The notes under the pieces: generated by a model | What the model saw: the letters and a program-made list of their open reading frames with translations, nothing else | What the model was told of the DNA's origin: nothing | Databases searched by the model: none | Assembly: GCF_964355755.1 (NCBI RefSeq) | Contig: NC_092677.1 | Span: 10,748,101 to 10,812,100, forward strand | Direction: 5' to 3' | Source of the DNA: Antedon mediterranea | Lineage: Eukaryota; Animalia; Echinodermata | Length of the DNA: 64,000 nt | Program-made: the position numbers and the translations under genes | Part shown: positions 12,001 through 24,070 of the stretch, one piece after another | Position numbering within the stretch: position 1 is the first letter of the stretch | Layout: the number at the start of each line of letters is the position of its first letter

Positions 12001-15000
12001 GGTTTTTGGGTTTCTTTTCTCTTTTTATATGTGAATAAATATTATTTTTTGGTTACAGAAGTGAATACTCAATTTCTTTCACTTTAGTTAATTTTATTGC
12101 TAAGGTCAAATCTAGGGGTCACTTCATCACCCTAGATATTTCAAATGTGAAGTATCCTATTACAAACACAAACTTTAATGGACTGCTTCGATAATAATTC
12201 AATAAATATCTGACAGTGAATATACCAGAAATGCTTTGGGATTTGTAATTTTAGCATGACATGTCCTAATAGACTCTTTTCCCAGACGTTTTTTGGGTTT
12301 ACTGTAGAGCTGGAATCAATAAATTATAGTGGAGTTTCCATTTTCACAAAACTATCGTCCTTAGAACTATAACTGCTGCTTGCTTTAGCTTCTGATTGAG
12401 TAGTCCTAATGGGACGTAGCGGGCTAGAGCAGCAGCTTGAAAAATATAGAACACTAAAAGAAAACTCAGTTACCATATGGAACTGTCCCCTAATAATAAA
12501 TTAATTTCACCATAGAGAAATTGTACATTGCGAACAGAACTTTATTGATTTTTTAAATGTGTCATTTTACTTTCTTCTTTTAATTGCAATGTACTTTTTG
12601 ATTTGTTTTCCCTGTATATGCTTTGTCTTTCAAGCTGTGACCTGGGATATATGTAAAGCTCTTTCTACAATATCAAATAATGTTGACAAAAAAGTGTGAT
12701 GTGCCCAAATATGGTAGTGATATGCCCAAATATGGTAGTGATATGCCCAAATATGGTAGTGATGTGCCCAAATATGGTAGTGATATGACATCATCATGTC
12801 CATATACATGTTTTGGTCACATAAAGTTTGATTGTGTAGATAGAGCTTAACATTTTCATGTCTGTTTGGGAATAAAGAATGATTTGATGATATTTTTGTT
12901 TGCCAGTTTTGTCGAGGGAGAAGGTAGACCTGTGCGAGTAAACAGTAGAGTAATGTCCTTTACAATGGAACCAAAACTCCGTTCCAATCTTCATAATCCA
13001 GTTGTGATTACCTTACAGCATTTATCGGTAAAGTTTAAAAAATCTTATTTATTTTTTTCATTATCCTACGTCAAAATAATCAAGTGTCAAGTAATCTTTA
13101 TTATTTTGTCAACAACTGTATTAAATCAAATTTGGTTGAAGGTTATGAGACACGGATACCAATGATATACATATTATAATAATGTTAAGTTGCTTTGTCA
13201 AATGTGACATCCAAGAAACCAAGCCAAATTACTGAAGGCAATAAAAACTGTGGCAAGGCCCTGTGATCTAGCATTGGTTTAGTGGTAGTTTGCTTGAATC
13301 ATCTTTACACTTTTTTTACATAAAGGCATAAAAGTCATAAGGCATAAAGCAAGTATATAACAACATTTTCATTTACACCAATTTTTTTTTTTCAGTTTAT
13401 AAATACTTCTATTGAAGTTGCAAAATGTGCTTATTGGGATTATGATGTGAAGTAAGTTACTATTTTTTAAAACATTTATAACCTTACAATTAATGTGTAA
13501 ATTATATTGAATGTGTTATCTATACTTTAATAAAAAATTTTACTAAATGGGTACTATTTGATAGGCAGAAATTATGATTAAAAAGTGAAAAAAATTATTA
13601 AATTACCATACCATAAATTCCATTATGTGGTTTTAAAATCCTTTTGGGCACACATTTATTAAGAACTGTGCATTATAATATTATTTTGTCGTTTGATATT
13701 TTTAGTAACGAATCTAACAGCAAGTGGGCTACAGACGGCTGTGAAATAGCGTTCCACAATGAAGATTATACCATTTGCCACTGTTACCATTTTACAGCCT
13801 TTGCCGTTGTGATGGATCCTTTAGCAGATGAGGTAAATATATATGCAAGTTTTTTAACATGCTACACACACATAAAAAAGTGTCCTCTTACTACATAGGT
13901 GTGTACTCTGAATAGTGTTAAAACATATATTGTCATTCTCTCCACAAGAGTGTCCCCTCAATAAGGATGTCCCCTATTATGATTGCCCCTCTGACTATGG
14001 TTACCAAAAGAGGGATTCTACTGTAGATACAATTTTACACACACACCCAGCATTATCTCATTAGGCCTGAAAAATAAACCTGTCAAAATGCTCTTTTATA
14101 ATAAGTGTCCCCAAATTATTGGTGCCCCTCTGACTATGGGTACCCCAAAGTAGGGGTTTTACTGTAGATAAAATCTTACACAACAGACATTGTCTCATCA
14201 GACCTAAAAAATGAAACTGTCAAAATGCTCTTTTATAATAAGTATCCCCAAATTATTGGTGCCCCTCTGACTATGGGTACCCCAAAGTAGGGGTTTTATT
14301 GTAGATAAAATCTTACACAACAGACATCGTCTCATCAGACCTAAAAAATGAAACTGTTAAAAATGCTCTTTTATAAATGTATCCAAACTAAAAACATTAT
14401 CATTGAATCAAACTTGTAAATGTAATACTGTATAATTCCATTAGTATTCAGCTAAATTTAAACACAGGCCCGCTTTGTTATAAATGTAATTTGATTGTAG
14501 TTTTTTTTTTCTTTCAGGAGTCATCGATTCATGATTTTCTTCTGCCTTTAATTATCAAAGCTGGAAGTATTCTGTCTATGATTGTACTTCTTGTTATTAT
14601 TATCTTCCTTCGGTTTACCAAGTAAGTAATAATCTTTAGGTGATATTATATAGATAGATATAGATATACTGAGGTGTGTAACAGGGTACCTGGGATCAAG
14701 GTACCTGGGACCAAAGAGTAGACAGTAATTAGGTACCTGGAATATTAAGTGGGTAACTGGGATGTAAAGGTGATATAATTTAGTGTATATATGTTAGTAT
14801 GAGCATCCAAGATAGTAAAGTTAGGTATGTAAATGGCTACCTGGGAGGACTACAAAGTGGTACATGGGAATATAAATGAGAACCTGGGAATATAAATGAT
14901 TACCTGGGAGTATAAATGATTACCTGGGAGTATAAATGAGTACCTGGGAGTATAAATGATTACCTGGGAGTATAAATGAGTACCTGGGAGTATAAATGAG

Positions 15001-18000
15001 TACATGGGAGTATAAATGAAACCTGGGAGTATAAATGAGTACCAGGGAGTATAAATGATTACCTGGGAGTATAAATTAGTACCTGGGAGTATAAATGAGT
15101 ACATGGGAGTATAAATGAAACCTGGGAGTATAAATGATTACCTGGGAGTATAAATGAAAACCTGGGAGTATAAATGAGTACCTGGGAGTATAAATGAAAA
15201 CCTGGGAGTATAAATTAGTACCTGGGAGTATAAATGAGTACCTGGGAGTATAAATGAGTACCTGGGAGTATAAATTAGTACCAGGGAGTATAAATGAGTA
15301 CATGGGAGTATAAATGAAAACCTGGGAGTATAAATTAGTACCTGTGAGTATAAATGAGTACCAGGGAGTATAAATGATTACCTGGGAGTATAAATGAGTA
15401 CATGGGAGTATAAATGAGTACATGGGAGTATAAATGAATACCAGGGAGAATAAATGAGTACCAGGGAGTATAAATGATTACCTGGGAGTATAAATGAATA
15501 CCTTGGAATATAACTTGAGTACATGGGAGTATAAATGATTTCATGAGAGTATACAATTCACTGGAGAGTGTAAATGGTTATCTGGGAGATTAAATGGGTA
15601 CCTGGGAGATTAAATGGGTACCTGGGTTGTTCATGGGTAACTGGGAGATTAAATGGCTACTATGGTCAAGTGTATATTGTGCATCTTGAAAATGAGCAAA
15701 ATTAGGAACCTAGAATAGATAGAGGGCTTTGTTTGACTTCATAATGACAATCTTACTTTTTACTTAGACGATTGAGAACAAGAAGACATACAATTCATGT
15801 TAATCTGTTCATGGCTGGATTCTTGACTGCATTATGTCTCTTCATTTCCGCTCTTGTCAATAATGAAGATGAGGTTAGTATTCTATAATTACTGCTATAT
15901 TTGACCATAATCCCATCATTAGGCGCAGGAGCCCCGGATAGCGTTACGTTTGAAAACCCCAAAAAGTGAGGTTTTCAACCATTAGCGGCATGACTGATGT
16001 GAGTGATTAATGTGTTTTACGGACGGTTTCAAGGACTATCCTACCAGTGGGCTGTTCACTGGTCAAATGATTGACACTTTGTATCACCGTTTGTAACTGG
16101 AGCTGTGACGACCTTTGTAACTGGAGCTGTGACGACCTTGCAAGAATACTAGGCCAGAATTTTTAATTGAAAAGTGCCTTGGTATTAACAATAACATGGA
16201 GATGGAAACAAATTTGTCTATCTTTCTTTCTAAAATAAATGGTCACTATAGTTTCAAACTAGGCTTAGTCCACCACATTAGTAATTACGAATCGAAACCT
16301 AAATTAAAATTGTTGGTATTCTTTGGCCGTTGTTTGATTAATTACATCTTCATGCCATGTTTTTTTTTCTCTAATGATTTGGCGATACGCTCCTATATTA
16401 ATTAGGCCTACTAGCAGAGGGTTCGATGAGTTTTGAAAAGTTATGGAAATGTGGCCTAACATATAGCAATTCAGTTTTTTAAGGCCCTTCTTCCTTGTCC
16501 GAGCCTTTGGAAATATTAAAAAGTTATATTAATATAATATATTCTGTGTTTTCATGTTTTGAGAAATTGTATATCATTTCAGATGTTTCGCGCTGCGCTT
16601 TTATTTGTTTCGCGCTTCGTGTTGTTCGAGCTTCCTCCGTACATACCGATAATTAATATGATTTTTCATTTCATTTTTTGTACATTATTAAAAAATAGCA
16701 TACAGAACCCCATACAGAACATACCCTTCTCTGAGAAAACACTTGTGGGCGATTCCCCGAATACGACATGATGGAATAGCTTTGGAGACTTTGACTTTGG
16801 AGTAGGCCTAAATCGAAACGTCAAGCAACTCAACAGTTCTTTTCAGAACTAATATAGGCCTACGTGGTGTACCGCAAATTTATATCAACAAATATGTAAC
16901 TTGTTTAGCACGTTTAAAATGGATAGCAAAACATATTTAAAAAAAAAACCCTGAATTATTTCAAACAGACAGCACATTAGTTCAAACGGATAGCACAATA
17001 GATAGCTCAATCAAATGGATATAACTATGATATAACTGTACTGTGCATTCTATACGGATTATCGGGTAGCACATTCTTTCAAATGGATAGCACATTCTTT
17101 CAAATGGATAGCACATTCTTTCAAATGGATAGCACATTATTTCAAATGGATAGCACATTAGGTAGCAAAATCAAATGGATATAGTACTGTACATTATTCT
17201 ATGATTATCGGGTAGCACATTCTTTCAAATGGATAGCACATTAGGCCTTTTTCAAATGGATAGCACATTCTTTCAAATGGATAGCACATTATTTCAAATG
17301 GATAGCACATTATTTCAAATGGATAGCACATTGGGTAGCACAATCAAATAGATATAGTACTGTACATTATTCTATAAGGATTATCGGGTAGCACATTATT
17401 TCAAATGGATAGCACATTAGGTAGCACAGTCAAATGGATATAGTACTGTACATTATTCTATACGGATTATCGGGTAGCACATTCTTTCAAATGGATAGCA
17501 AATTATTTCAAATGGATAGCACATTCTTTCAAATGGATAGCACATTATTTCAAATGGATAGCACATTATTTCAAATGGATAGCACATTAGGTAGCACAAT
17601 CAAATGGATGTAATTGTACTGTACAATATTCTATACGGATTATCGGGTAGCACATTCTTTCAAATAGCACATTATTTCAAATGGATAGCACATTATTTCA
17701 AATGGATAGCACATTTAGGTAGCACAATCAAACGGATATAATTGTACTGTACATTATTCTATAGCCTACGGATTATCGGGTAGCACATTCTTTCAAATGG
17801 ATAGCACATTAGGTAGCACAGTCAAATAGATATAGTACTGTACATTATTCTATAAGGATTATCGGGTAGCACATTCTTTCAAATGGATAGCACATTAGGT
17901 AGCACAATCAAATGGATATAGTACTGTACATTATTCTATAAGGATTATTGGGTAGCACATTCTTTCAAATGGATAGCACATTATTTCAAATGGATAGCAC

Positions 18001-21000
18001 ATTAGGTAGCACAGTCAAATGGATATAGTACTGTACATTATTCTATAAGGATTATCGGGTAGCACATTCTTTCAAATGGATAGCACATTAGGTAGCACAA
18101 TCAAATGGATATAGTACTGTACATTATTCTATACGGATTATCGGGTAGCACATTCTTTCAAATGGATAGCACATTCTTTCAAATGGATAGCACATTGGGT
18201 AGCACAATCAAATGGATATAGTACTGTACTGTACATTATTCTATACGGATTATCGGGTAGCACATTCTTTCAAATGGATAGCACATTAGGTAGCACAGTC
18301 AAATGGATATAGTACTGTACATTATTCTATAAGGATTATCGGGTAGCACATTCTTTCAAATGGATAGCACATTCTTTCAAATGGATAGCACATTAGGTAG
18401 CACAATCAAATGGATATAGTACTGTACATTATTCTATACGGATTATCGGGTAGCACATTCTTTCAAATGGATAGCACATTCTTTCAAATGGATAGCACAT
18501 TGGGTAGCACAATCAAATAGATATAGTACTGTACTGTACATTATTCTATACGGATTATCGGGTAGCACATTCTTTCAAATGGATAGCACATTCTTTCAAA
18601 TGGATAGCACATTATTTCAAATGGATAGCACATTAGGTAGCACAATCAAATGGATATATGTAATTGTACTGTACATTATTCTATACGGATTATCAGGTAG
18701 CACATTCTTTCAAATGGATAGCAAATTATTTCAAATGGATAGCATGGATTTGGGTAGCACAATCAAATTGAGCACATTGGGTAACACATTGCATCAAATG
18801 GGAGCCTACTGTACAGTTATTCTATTGAATTGAAATATATATTTATAATGGGTAACCTCTTCAGTCAAAGACTGGTCTCCCAGAGGGCCCAGTTGGTGAT
18901 CAGTGGCTGTGATAATACACCGGGGTAACCCCCCACTCGTCTCGAAAGATGTACTAGGTTCTCTAAAGTACACACGAGTTAGATGTGTATTCTATTATCG
19001 GGTGTAGCACATTAAAATTGAGAGGATAAGATGGACATCATAATTTATTATTAAGGGGCAAAACAGCAAATCCTTACTGAGGGGACACTCCTATAAAGCG
19101 GACATTAAGGGGACGGGGAATATTTAAGCTCAGTGCCAATGTTCACTCAATATATTTTCCATCACAAAATAACAAAAAAGACGAAATATTTATATCCATT
19201 TATCGTTATTAAATAAAAATGGATATCATGATAATTATGATACTTTGTTTGTCTTGAAAGTTTTCATTGGTGAAACGTTGCCTGCTACATTTTGAATTTC
19301 CGAGTCCAGATCAGTATTGGTATTCCGTGATCTATTCTAACTAATGAAACAATTTTTAGAAAATGATATCTGATAGATATCATCTAACTTTTAATATAGT
19401 TCTTGTATAACACCATATCAAGTAGTAGTAGAACTTATTGTAGGGTTTTCTTATTATTCAGTCAATTCAGTGTTTCTATACAGAAAAGAGTAGTCAGTGG
19501 CCTTAACATCAATTAATTGTATAATTTGCACCCAAGGTCGAATAGCAAGAAACTCAGGTCCAGTTACATTGGTGTTCATTGGTCAATAGGAAATGAACAG
19601 CACACTTATGGGTGGTGACAAAGTTTAGTTATTGATAAGTTGTCCTTGGGAAAAACACATTAGTTGGGTTGACCATGGGCTGACAGAGTTAACGACTTCG
19701 TAACGCTATCCGGGGCTCCTGCGCCTAATGGCTGCGAAATTATCCCACTTAGGAAAAATTTGGACTCAAGACTTTACAAATATAAATTATTAATGTAATA
19801 ATCCCACCTCCTACTCACTATACTCCATAGTCAGACTCTATGGAATACTATAAATAATTTAAATACATCATTATTATGTTAAATTATATATTAAATAGTC
19901 AAATTGGAAAACTATGATTGTAAAAATAACTGTTTAAATGTTATCATATTGAACGTTTTTTTTGGTAAAAATTATTATTTCTTTTCAATTTCAGTCATCT
20001 TGCAAGACAATGGCAATACTTCTGCACTTTTTCTTCCTGAGCATTCTATTTTGGATCGTGGTTGAATCTGGTCATCTGCTTCTGGACGTAACACAAAGTC
20101 TTTTGCAAAAGAGCGACAAATCTGGAGAACCGTTTTGTTCAGAGCACATGAAATATTACAATATCGTTGGCTGGGGTAAGTGCTTAGTTTTTTTAGTTTT
20201 ATTTATATATGTATATATATATATAAACATATCAGGCAAAGAACATTAATTCTAAACCGCCCGGTGATATACTGAAATTTTAATTAATTAATTTGAAACT
20301 ATAAAGATGAGGAAATCTGTGAGAATGAGAAAAAGTCGCCCCAACCCAGACTCGAACTCGGACCGCCTGCTTGATATGCAGATGTCCTAACCACTGGGGC
20401 TTTCATGGTATTGTTCAAACTCGATTGGATAGCGACTCTTTAACATTCTCGGCGTGGTACGGCGGAACAGCACTAGTCGTCAGTTGTACGCAACAGAGAT
20501 CAAATTGATACGCCCTCATCTTTCAGTATTTTTATTCACGAGGCGGGATCTCCGAAGAGATACTTTTATATATATAAACATATCAGGCAAAGAACATTAA
20601 TTCTAAACCGCCCGGTGATATACTGAAATTTTAATTAATTAATTCGAAACGATAAAGATGAGGAAATCTGTGAGAATATATATATAAATCCAAAGACAAA
20701 TTACTGAAAAAATGACAATGCTGTAGGTATCAGTGGCTGGATCTCAATGGAGAAAAAAAAAGCGAAAAGCTAAATCAAAACGATAAAGTAAAACAGCCTG
20801 AAAAGTTAGCAGAGCTTTCAGGCAACACTAGCCCTTCATCAGTGCAAGTGATATAAATATATATTTATTATTTTATTTTTATTCTACTGCAGTTGTAACT
20901 ATACTTTTTATCCAAATATTTAACAAGATTTTTTTTTTGGCAATTTCATTACACACTGTTTATTATAGTAACTACCTCATACACTTCTACATGAAACAAC

Positions 21001-24000
21001 CTTAAATGGTATTTCAGTAACAATTGTAGTTACTGCAGTAGAATTTTATCATGATCCCTTAGTAGTGCTTTGTATTGTTTCACGGTGTTGTTTGATATTT
21101 CATGAAAAAAAATTCTAATAAATCTATTTGATTATTGTAGGTATACCGTTTATGATTGTTTCCATTGCTATAGCAACAGATGTTGATGCGTATGACCTTC
21201 AAGATGGAGAATTGTAAGTTTTGTTTGACAAAAAAAATAAAAGATCCAACTTTTATGATTATGTATCTTTGACTATATTTTTATTTGTACACAGTTGTTG
21301 GTTGAGCCTGAATCAAGGATTGACAGCAACGTACATTGTACCATGGGTTCTTGCCAACATAGTAAGTTTTTTTGGTCAAATTAACAAATGTTTCCAGCAG
21401 ATTGCCAGCTTCACAAATAATCACTTAGAACTTTTATAGTGTTGTTTTCTGATCATTTACTGTTATTTTGAAGTATGCACAAATTTAAGAAATTCGAAAC
21501 GATATTAGGATACAATATATGGAAAATAATTTACGTATATATTTTTTTTATAGTTCTGCGCAGTTGCATTAGGAACAGTGTATAGACGAACTGATGATAA
21601 TGTACGCAGAGAGGATAAGACTACCGGATTTGTGTAAGTTTTTTTTTGGGGGTTAAATAATTCATTGAAATTGATGTTTATTAATTTTCATTATAATTAT
21701 TAGCACTAATAGACAGGCCATCATCATCACCATCAGTGCAAATTTATATCCTTAGTCAATTTTTTAGATAAAAAAGTTATTAGTTATTTCCAGGCTTTAA
21801 ATTTCATTGTATAAATTATTTATTTTCATACCATATATGATGAGTATTGTTCAAGGTTTTCATAGTAAAAACCTATTTTGTTTTACAGTGCTGGTTGGAA
21901 GGCTTGTTCTGTGCTTCTCATCATTTATGACATAACTTGGTTGTTTGGACATCTGTCTATCTATGACTATGGCATCATCCTTACTTACGTCTTCTACTTT
22001 CTTGCCTCATTTTATGTAAGTTTTCTTTCACTCATATCATTTATATTCTATAATATACAAAATAAAACAAGTTAAAAAATAAAGTGTTTCAATTGTCAAC
22101 ATATTTTACATATTTTTCTGAACAATAGTAATAATAGTACAAATAGTAATTAATGGTGATGTTATTGCTTTCCACAAATAAAAACGGTTATATAGCATAT
22201 GTTTAACGCAATCTTAAGAAGTAATGAAAAACAGTGGAAAGAGTGAAAAATGCAAAATCTTTTATCGATTTTCTGAACTATAACTATTATTACCTTATCT
22301 TCATTACATAATTGTCTTTGATCTTTCAGGGCTGTTGTATGTACTATTGCCACAGTACTTGGAATCGAGAGGTAAGAAAACAATAATTTGAGGAAGATTT
22401 TTTAGGTTTGTTAGTGTTGAAGGCATTTATTTCAAAAATATCAAATATCAAGAATTGATCAAATATAGTACAAATTCTTTTATTTGGCGTTACAGCAAGC
22501 ATTTATTAAATTTTTTTTTTTTTATGCCTGTACTATTTCATGCAGCTCAAAGCGGTTATTTGTTTTGAGAATCCAGATTTTGAGTTAACAATTATCCGAA
22601 GAATTCATCTAGTAAGTATTTTTTTTTAATTTGGTGTTATGTATTTACGGTAATTATTAGTTTTTGTGGTGAATATTCGGTTTTTTTTAACACTATTTTA
22701 ATTTTTGTTTTATATCACATTGCTACTCCTCTGTTTTTGCTTTGATTATATTCATTTATAAATAGATTTCAAAATAGCTTTTTATAATTAGATGCATGTA
22801 CAGTTAGTAGTAGTATGCTATATTAGTGTAGCATAGTGTATTAGTTTATATGTAGCGCACACACAGTCATTTGTTAGCTTGCTTTTTATTCTAGATGCAT
22901 ATAATACTATTTTGCATGGTGTAGTAAAGTACCATATACGACTGAGTATATTCCCAGCGGCCTGGGAAATGGAATTTCCCAAAGTCTTGTGTATATATTT
23001 AGCAGAAATTACAGGTTTGAAGTATGGTACTATATTCAGTATATATTTAGTAGACTAGTGTAACAGCTTGATTTAGCAATGAATTGGCATAACAGCTATG
23101 AGCACTCACTGGCTAAACCCATGGCTTAAGGGTATAAGGAGAAACAAAAAGGCATTAAAATATGTTGAAAAGGCTAAAAACACCACTGAATGCATTAACT
23201 TAACTCATTAAGTATTAGATTTAAATAGCTTTTTTGCATGTAGTAAAAACATATTCGGTGCGGTGTTATTCAAAGACAAGTTCTTAAGTAACAAAATCAA
23301 TATTATTGAAACAAACCAATATTTATTCTCTGTGTGAAAATTTCTAATATATAGCATATGGTTTAATATTTGCCTTTTAGCTTAACAAGATTAAGAATAC
23401 AAGGATATCGATCATGTAGAAAATAGCTATAATCAAATAAATATGATATTTATTGTGTTATGTTGCCATAGAAACGGTAAACAAGCACAGACACATAAAA
23501 TTATACTGTCATCTCATAGGGGCCTGGCTATAAAATTAATAAGTATTGTGTGGGATTATACTTGGATTGTATTGTAATCTTAAATGTATCTTAAATAAGG
23601 GGCATAGGATGACACATACTTTTCCATTATCATCTTAGTCATAATTTTGATGTTTACAATTATTTCTAATTTTTCAGAAACCAGAACCAGTCAAAAAGAA
23701 AAATAACCTTGTCTGTATGTATATTTTTAAAATAAAAACACACAGTTTTGTTTTATGAAATAAATGCATTTGGAACCACAAAAAGTTATATGGAACCATT
23801 TAAATAGAAAATTCAAACAATTTAATTGTACTTTTCTCATGATATTGTACTTTTTTTTTATTTGATCAACAAAAATGTTAAATATAAATTAATAATTAGA
23901 CTTTTAAGCTCTATCCAAAATATGATTTATTACTTAGTATTTTATATAGTGGTAACAAATGTTGTATCTTATAATACAAACAGATTATACCTGTAGTAAC

Positions 24001-24070
24001 AATGAATAATATCTAAATTGTGTTTTTTAAGGTATTAATATTTGTCTTCCTATTTTCAGATCATGCGTAA
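1..24070 (+). CDS. Adhesion GPCR paralog 1 (5' part outside window): multiple LamG/pentraxin-like domains - GAIN/GPS - 7TM (class B2, ADGRD-like architecture)
   Basis: About 33 GT-AG exons read in frame by eye: <1-173, 292-540, 750-953, 1275-1389, 1731-1845, 2622-2874, 3268-3603, 3941-4131, 4696-4867, 5076-5255, ~5938-6079, ~6256-6452, ~6927-7109, ~8575-8689, ~9152-9340, ~9862-9931, 10191-10308, ~10819-10980, ~11207-11285, ~12908-13027, ~13395-13451, ~13706-13832, then TM exons ~14518-22371, ~22546-22611, ~23678-23714 and 24060-24070 (YHA-TAA). Repeated LamG motifs (C..DP..C..G..L.VW.K; W.QLAMTW; YING; GRRND) and a GPS motif are visible. Confidence 0.9.
2286..2464. mobile_element. MITE family A (AGCTTGGTTCCCACTAG TIR; PIF/Harbinger-like, tentative)
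   Basis: Palindromic element with TNA-type flanks. Other copies at ~10600-10790, ~34994-35152, ~61935-62081; partial copies at ~8430, ~32000-32055, ~46016-46134, ~56495. Confidence 0.75.
7418..7458 (+). ncRNA. Minimal type I hammerhead ribozyme motif (Penelope-like element type)
   Basis: GCA-CTGATGA-A-GGGC(TAGTGTT)GCCC-GAAA-GCTC-TGC: catalytic core, stem II, palindromic AGCT stem III, stem I GCA/TGC. Lies within a (TA)n-flanked repeat at ~7206-7580. Confidence 0.75.
7595..7949. mobile_element. ~350-bp (TA)n-flanked cassette carrying the tRNA-like gene (copy 1)
   Basis: Highly similar to 20226-20567 and to a partial copy at 20577-20677. Each copy is bounded by TA microsatellite. Confidence 0.8.
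7706..7777 (-). tRNA. tRNA-like gene with AUC anticodon (Asp-like) inside a dispersed repeat
   Basis: 72-nt cloverleaf: acceptor GCCCCAG/TTGGGGC, D stem GTCT/GGAC, anticodon stem TCTGC/GCAGG with loop ATATCAA, T stem CCGAG/CTCGG with TTCGAGT loop, discriminator G. Followed by ACTTTTT (pol III terminator-like). Function as a real tRNA is unproven. Confidence 0.6.
8750..8890 (+). mobile_element. Degraded tRNA-derived SINE remnant (others at ~18850-18990 minus and ~55670-55880 minus)
   Basis: Core-like TGTATCCTTAGGAAAGATAC...TGCCTCGTCCTTC..ATGGGA.GTAAAGCCG. Confidence 0.45.
8915..9040. mobile_element. Helentron-associated (HINE/DINE-1-like) short element
   Basis: GACT/GACC microsatellite followed by hairpin AGTCGC-gtttgcat-GCGACT and an A-run. 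Confidence 0.5.
12656..12848. mobile_element. MITE family B (AGCTCTGTCTACACTATCAAACT TIR, internal GCCCAAATATGGTAGTGAT repeats)
   Basis: Further copies or fragments at ~6488-6608, 9357-9516, 27990-28085, 33290-33400, 38015-38070, 49320-49431, 55696-55835, 56797-56929, 58253-58370. Confidence 0.75.
13706..13832 (+). CDS. GPS autoproteolysis motif / Stachel exon of aGPCR 1
   Basis: Reads WATDGCEIAFHNEDYTICHCYHF|TAFAVVM, matching GPS W..GC...C.C.H.|T/S-xFAVLM. The preceding exon supplies CAYWD. Confidence 0.92.
13935..14375. repeat. ~140-bp tandem duplication of a MITE-end-containing unit, about 3 copies
   Basis: GCCCCTCTGACTATGG..ACC..AAAG..TACTGTAGATA...AAAATGCTCTTTTATAA repeated three times. 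Confidence 0.8.
14518..22371 (+). CDS. 7TM-encoding exons of aGPCR 1
   Basis: TM1 IIKAGSILSMIVLLVIIIF; TM2 RHTIHVNLFMAG; TM3 CKTMAILLHFFFLSILFWIVVESGHLL; TM4 YYNIVGWG-IPFMIV; ECL2 CWLS; TM6 KACSVLLIIYDITWLFG; TM7 YVFYFLASFY-GCCMY. Confidence 0.9.
14866..15560. repeat. 20-bp minisatellite (CCTGGGAGTATAAATGAGTA)
   Basis: Direct tandem repetition with degenerate copies on both flanks. Confidence 0.95.
15917..19730. mobile_element. 3.8-kb non-autonomous TIR DNA element with internal minisatellite
   Basis: Perfect 32-bp TIR CATTAGGCGCAGGAGCCCCGGATAGCGTTACG at 15917-15948 and its reverse complement at 19699-19730. No transposase ORF and no clear TSD. Confidence 0.82.
17040..18800. repeat. 21-bp minisatellite (TTCAAATGGATAGCACATTMT) with ~90-130-bp higher-order units
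   Basis: Visible tandem array inside the 15917-19730 TIR element. Confidence 0.95.
20226..20677. mobile_element. (TA)n-flanked tRNA cassette copy 2 plus tandem partial copy
   Basis: Direct alignment by eye with 7595-7949. The first ~100 bp are repeated again at 20577-20677. Confidence 0.8.
20337..20400 (-). pseudogene. Degenerate second copy of the tRNA-like sequence
   Basis: Same sequence with an 8-nt D-arm deletion and a T-stem mismatch. Confidence 0.7.
20806..20850 (-). ncRNA. Minimal hammerhead ribozyme motif, second copy of the same family
   Basis: Reverse complement reads TTGCA-CTGATGA-AGGGCTAGTGTTGCCT-GAAA-GCTCTGC, within a repeat fragment at ~20687-20851. Confidence 0.72.

Noticed and set aside
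14850-15556. YSFILPG-repeat ORFs (and FISLQPVY ORFs at 28701-29174, MDST ORF at 18579)
   Set aside because: Minisatellite translation artefacts.
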